From an uncultured Candidatus Saccharibacteria bacterium (GTDB taxonomy: Bacteria; Patescibacteriota; UBA1384; XYA2-FULL-43-10; 1-14-0-10-43-13), in NCBI GenBank assembly GCA_964543385.1, contig CAZIYE010000001.1:486755-550754 (forward strand): 64,000 nucleotides of DNA, in the 5' to 3' direction. Position numbers and translations under genes: made by a program. Under the pieces are notes generated by a model, which worked only from the letters and a program-made list of their open reading frames with translations, was not told the origin of the DNA and ran no database searches. Positions 62,215-64,000 of the stretch are shown here, one piece after another (positions within the stretch are counted from its first letter, which is position 1; each line of letters opens with the position of its first letter).

Positions 62215-63444
62215 CTATTTTCCCCAATTCTCTGCAAAGATAGCGAGATCTGTGATATCCACAACATTATTTCCATCTATATCAGTCATTGGCTCTGTAG
62301 GACCTTCTTTTCCCCAATTTTCTGCAAAGATAGCGAGATCTGTGATATCAACTACACCATCGTTGTTTATATCAGCAGTTTTGTGTCTTACTACGGTAAT
62401 AGGTTTGATACCAACTTCAGCCCCAGCTTCATTCTTAAAAATAATAGCGGCGTTTGTGGTCCCAATTCCTGGCTCAAATGTTAGAGACCATGAAGTAGTA
62501 TTTAAGTCTGCCAAAACAGCGTCTCCGTAGTAAGCTCTGGAAGTTAATGTTTTCTCTCCTGTATAAGTAACTACTGCGCGGTAAGTACGTCCGTTGACAG
62601 GGACAATATCGTTAGAAAGAGGCGGCGGCGGAGGAGGTTCACCAGCTGCAGGATCGCCGAAATAACTGGAGAAAATATTATAAAAGCTTGTTTGGATATG
62701 TGGAGTGTAGAGATAAAGTATTCTACTGCCGGCAGTTTGGCACACAACCGATTGACCATCGATAGTTGTAGGATCATAGTACTGTTGCCAATATCCGCCG
62801 GTACAATTTGATCCAGTGCCACCGATACAACGCCCACCATTTTTGTATGAATTATATTTGCTCCCAAACCAGCCAATTGAGTATCCGAGCTGGCGCCCCA
62901 TGCCACCAAAATCAAGCGAAATTTGGCGATATGCCGAATCGTTGCAATTTACTCCGCTATTTAAACAACCTGCCATTGTCTCGTCATACATATAGAACAT
63001 CGGCCATGTAGCTACTGTTGAACTTCTAAAAACATCTCCGGTGATAGCAGAACTTTCTTTTTGCAGTGTTGCTAGGACTACTCTAGGATTAATATTATGC
63101 TCAACAGCTTCATCATAAATCAACTGTGCTACAGTCTTGCCATAGAAGGCATTACCATTTATATCGTTTATCTGTCTGGAGGTCACAGTGCCAAATCCAC
63201 CAGCGGCAAGAGGATACGGAACATCGATATATTCAGGAATAACGTAATTAGCCAGCTTGCTGCCTTTAGAGACCAGGAAATCATTTATCGCCGTTGCTGT
63301 CATAGGGTTACTATTATTGGAAAAGTTATAATCGCTAATAATGTTGGCATTATCAAGAGTTGCCGATACTGAGCCGGGATTTAATCCAATAGCAAACACT
63401 ATTGCCGATGTAAGAAATATTAATTTTGAAATCTTTGACTTCAT
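62215..63444 (-). CDS. Secreted protein with an N-terminal putative cell-wall-hydrolase-like domain and two C-terminal dockerin-type repeats
   Basis: The signal peptide is MKSKISKLIFLTSAIVFAIGLNPGSVSA. The C-terminus has two tandem 'DINNDGVVDITDLAIFAENWGK' segments matching the dockerin type I Ca-binding repeat (D.N.DG.V..tDl..l). A poly-Pro linker 'EPPPPPPLS' is present. N-terminal 'INPRVVLATLQKESSAITGD' is weakly glucosaminidase-like, at low confidence. Confidence 0.6.
   Translation of the reverse strand: MKSKISKLIFLTSAIVFAIGLNPGSVSATLDNANIISDYNFSNNSNPMTATAINDFLVSKGSKLANYVIPEYIDVPYPLAAGGFGTVTSRQINDINGNAFYGKTVAQLIYDEAVEHNINPRVVLATLQKESSAITGDVFRSSTVATWPMFYMYDETMAGCLNSGVNCNDSAYRQISLDFGGMGRQLGYSIGWFGSKYNSYKNGGRCIGGTGSNCTGGYWQQYYDPTTIDGQSVVCQTAGSRILYLYTPHIQTSFYNIFSSYFGDPAAGEPPPPPPLSNDIVPVNGRTYRAVVTYTGEKTLTSRAYYGDAVLADLNTTSWSLTFEPGIGTTNAAIIFKNEAGAEVGIKPITVVRHKTADINNDGVVDITDLAIFAENWGKEGPTEPMTDIDGNNVVDITDLAIFAENWGK
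62217..62378. repeat. Direct DNA repeat (two ~72-nt units with 90-nt period) encoding the two dockerin repeats
   Basis: Units at 62217-62288 and 62307-62378 share a 40-nt core 'ttccccaatt(c/t)tctgcaaagatagcgagatctgtgatatc' with 1 mismatch. Confidence 0.9.
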
Positions 63445-63456
63445 TTCCCTCTGCTT

Positions 63457-63990
63457 TTATTGTGGTTGGCTGCCTATATAATCTTTTTGTAAGACATCCA
63501 ACCTTGATTTTAAGAGATCACTCTCAGGATTAGCGGCAAGGCCGGCTTCCAACGTGCTTATAGCCTGATCTTTTTGTCCTAAATTGTATTGAGCCTGAGA
63601 CTTGCGGTTGTAATAATCCGGGACCTTATTATCAATATTAATCGCTTGACTAAAGTTTTCTACGGCTTTGTCCCAACTCTTTTCGGTCATCAAGGTTTGT
63701 CCCTCACTGAAGTAATCATTTGCACTTTTTGTTTCTGGTATGGCATCGATCTTTCCAGTATCTTGATTTGTTGATGGTACGTTATCGATAGCAGTTATAG
63801 TGCCAGGACTATTATCAATATTTGCCAAATCCTGTGTTTTTTGATCATTCCTTTTATGGAGATACAAAAAGATTGCCAATACAATGAGTGAAATTACCAG
63901 AATAATAGTCAGAATAAGGATCAACCTTTTGGGACGACCTTTAAAAAAGTGACCGCTGGCATTTTTTATATCTGCTTGCTCTTTCATCAC
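63457..63990 (-). CDS. Membrane-anchored TPR-like repeat protein
   Basis: An N-terminal TM 'LILILTIILVISLIVLAIFLYL' is followed by TPR-like helices in the C-terminus (WDKAVENFSQAINIDNKVPDYYNRKSQAQYNLGQKDQAISTLEAGLAANP). Confidence 0.5.
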   Translation of the reverse strand: MMKEQADIKNASGHFFKGRPKRLILILTIILVISLIVLAIFLYLHKRNDQKTQDLANIDNSPGTITAIDNVPSTNQDTGKIDAIPETKSANDYFSEGQTLMTEKSWDKAVENFSQAINIDNKVPDYYNRKSQAQYNLGQKDQAISTLEAGLAANPESDLLKSRLDVLQKDYIGSQPQ

Positions 63991-64000
63991 ACCTATATTT

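Noticed and set aside
62189-62530. 113-aa plus-strand ORF with a duplicated '[16 protein letters not shown]' peptide
   Set aside because: It is the antisense image of the dockerin-encoding direct repeat. The minus-strand frame gives canonical dockerin motifs and a signal-peptide protein.
1-64000. CRISPR arrays, rRNA/tRNA genes, IS elements or transposases
   Set aside because: Repeat-spacer periodicity was looked for in all intergenic regions and none was seen. No tRNA-like cloverleaf candidates stood out in spacers. No transposase-like ORF or terminal inverted repeats were found; the only recombinase is the chromosomal-type XerC/D.

Overview
This is an AT-rich (~35-38% GC) bacterial chromosomal window that begins at the replication origin region: a 5'-truncated dnaA, a DnaA-box-rich oriC-like spacer, dnaN, recF and a DUF721/DciA-like gene. 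The gene content suggests a Candidate Phyla Radiation/Patescibacteria-type or small Gram-positive-like genome, but that is inference. Supporting signs are dense short-overlap operons, a giant ~2,800-aa surface protein, two four-helix-bundle '23S IVS-family' genes, FemAB/Mur ligase, and weak Shine-Dalgarno use.

Three blocks stand out.

(1) A ~21.6 kb minus-strand operon (3434-25064) encodes a minimal type-IV-secretion-like apparatus. It has VirB4 (split or frameshifted at a Q/N/P-rich linker), a PrgI/VirB3-like gene, a VirB6-like polytopic membrane protein, a secreted 692-aa protein and a 272-aa unknown. Co-transcribed with these are two different peptidoglycan hydrolases (SLT+M15 and TM-anchored M23), a PEGA/TolB-like beta-propeller protein and the giant surface protein. 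No VirD4 or relaxase is present. This is the most likely candidate for a novel system.

(2) A ~26 kb cell-envelope glycan locus (34645-60878) holds GtrA, a CBM4/9-like secreted protein, a Wzm/Wzt ABC exporter and multidomain GT2/GT4 enzymes. It also carries a WbvB/WbvR/WbvD-like UDP-2-acetamido-6-deoxy-L-hexose trio, a polyprenol-phosphate GT2 with DUF2304, two GT-C-like paralogs and a Wzx flippase.

(3) A ~0.65 kb high-GC (>60%) coding island (57246-57842) sits behind a perfect sigma70 consensus promoter. It is followed by a SAM-I (S-box) riboswitch controlling metK.

Other notable items are an adjacent cohesin-like/dockerin-like surface protein pair with a 90-nt-period DNA repeat, and a 7-nt x4 microsatellite inside a FemAB-like gene. 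There is a divergent UppP/PAP2 pair, a XerC/D recombinase translationally overlapped with a four-helix-bundle gene, and a YefM-like domain fused to a Pro/Thr-rich tail. No CRISPR, rRNA or tRNA genes were detected.
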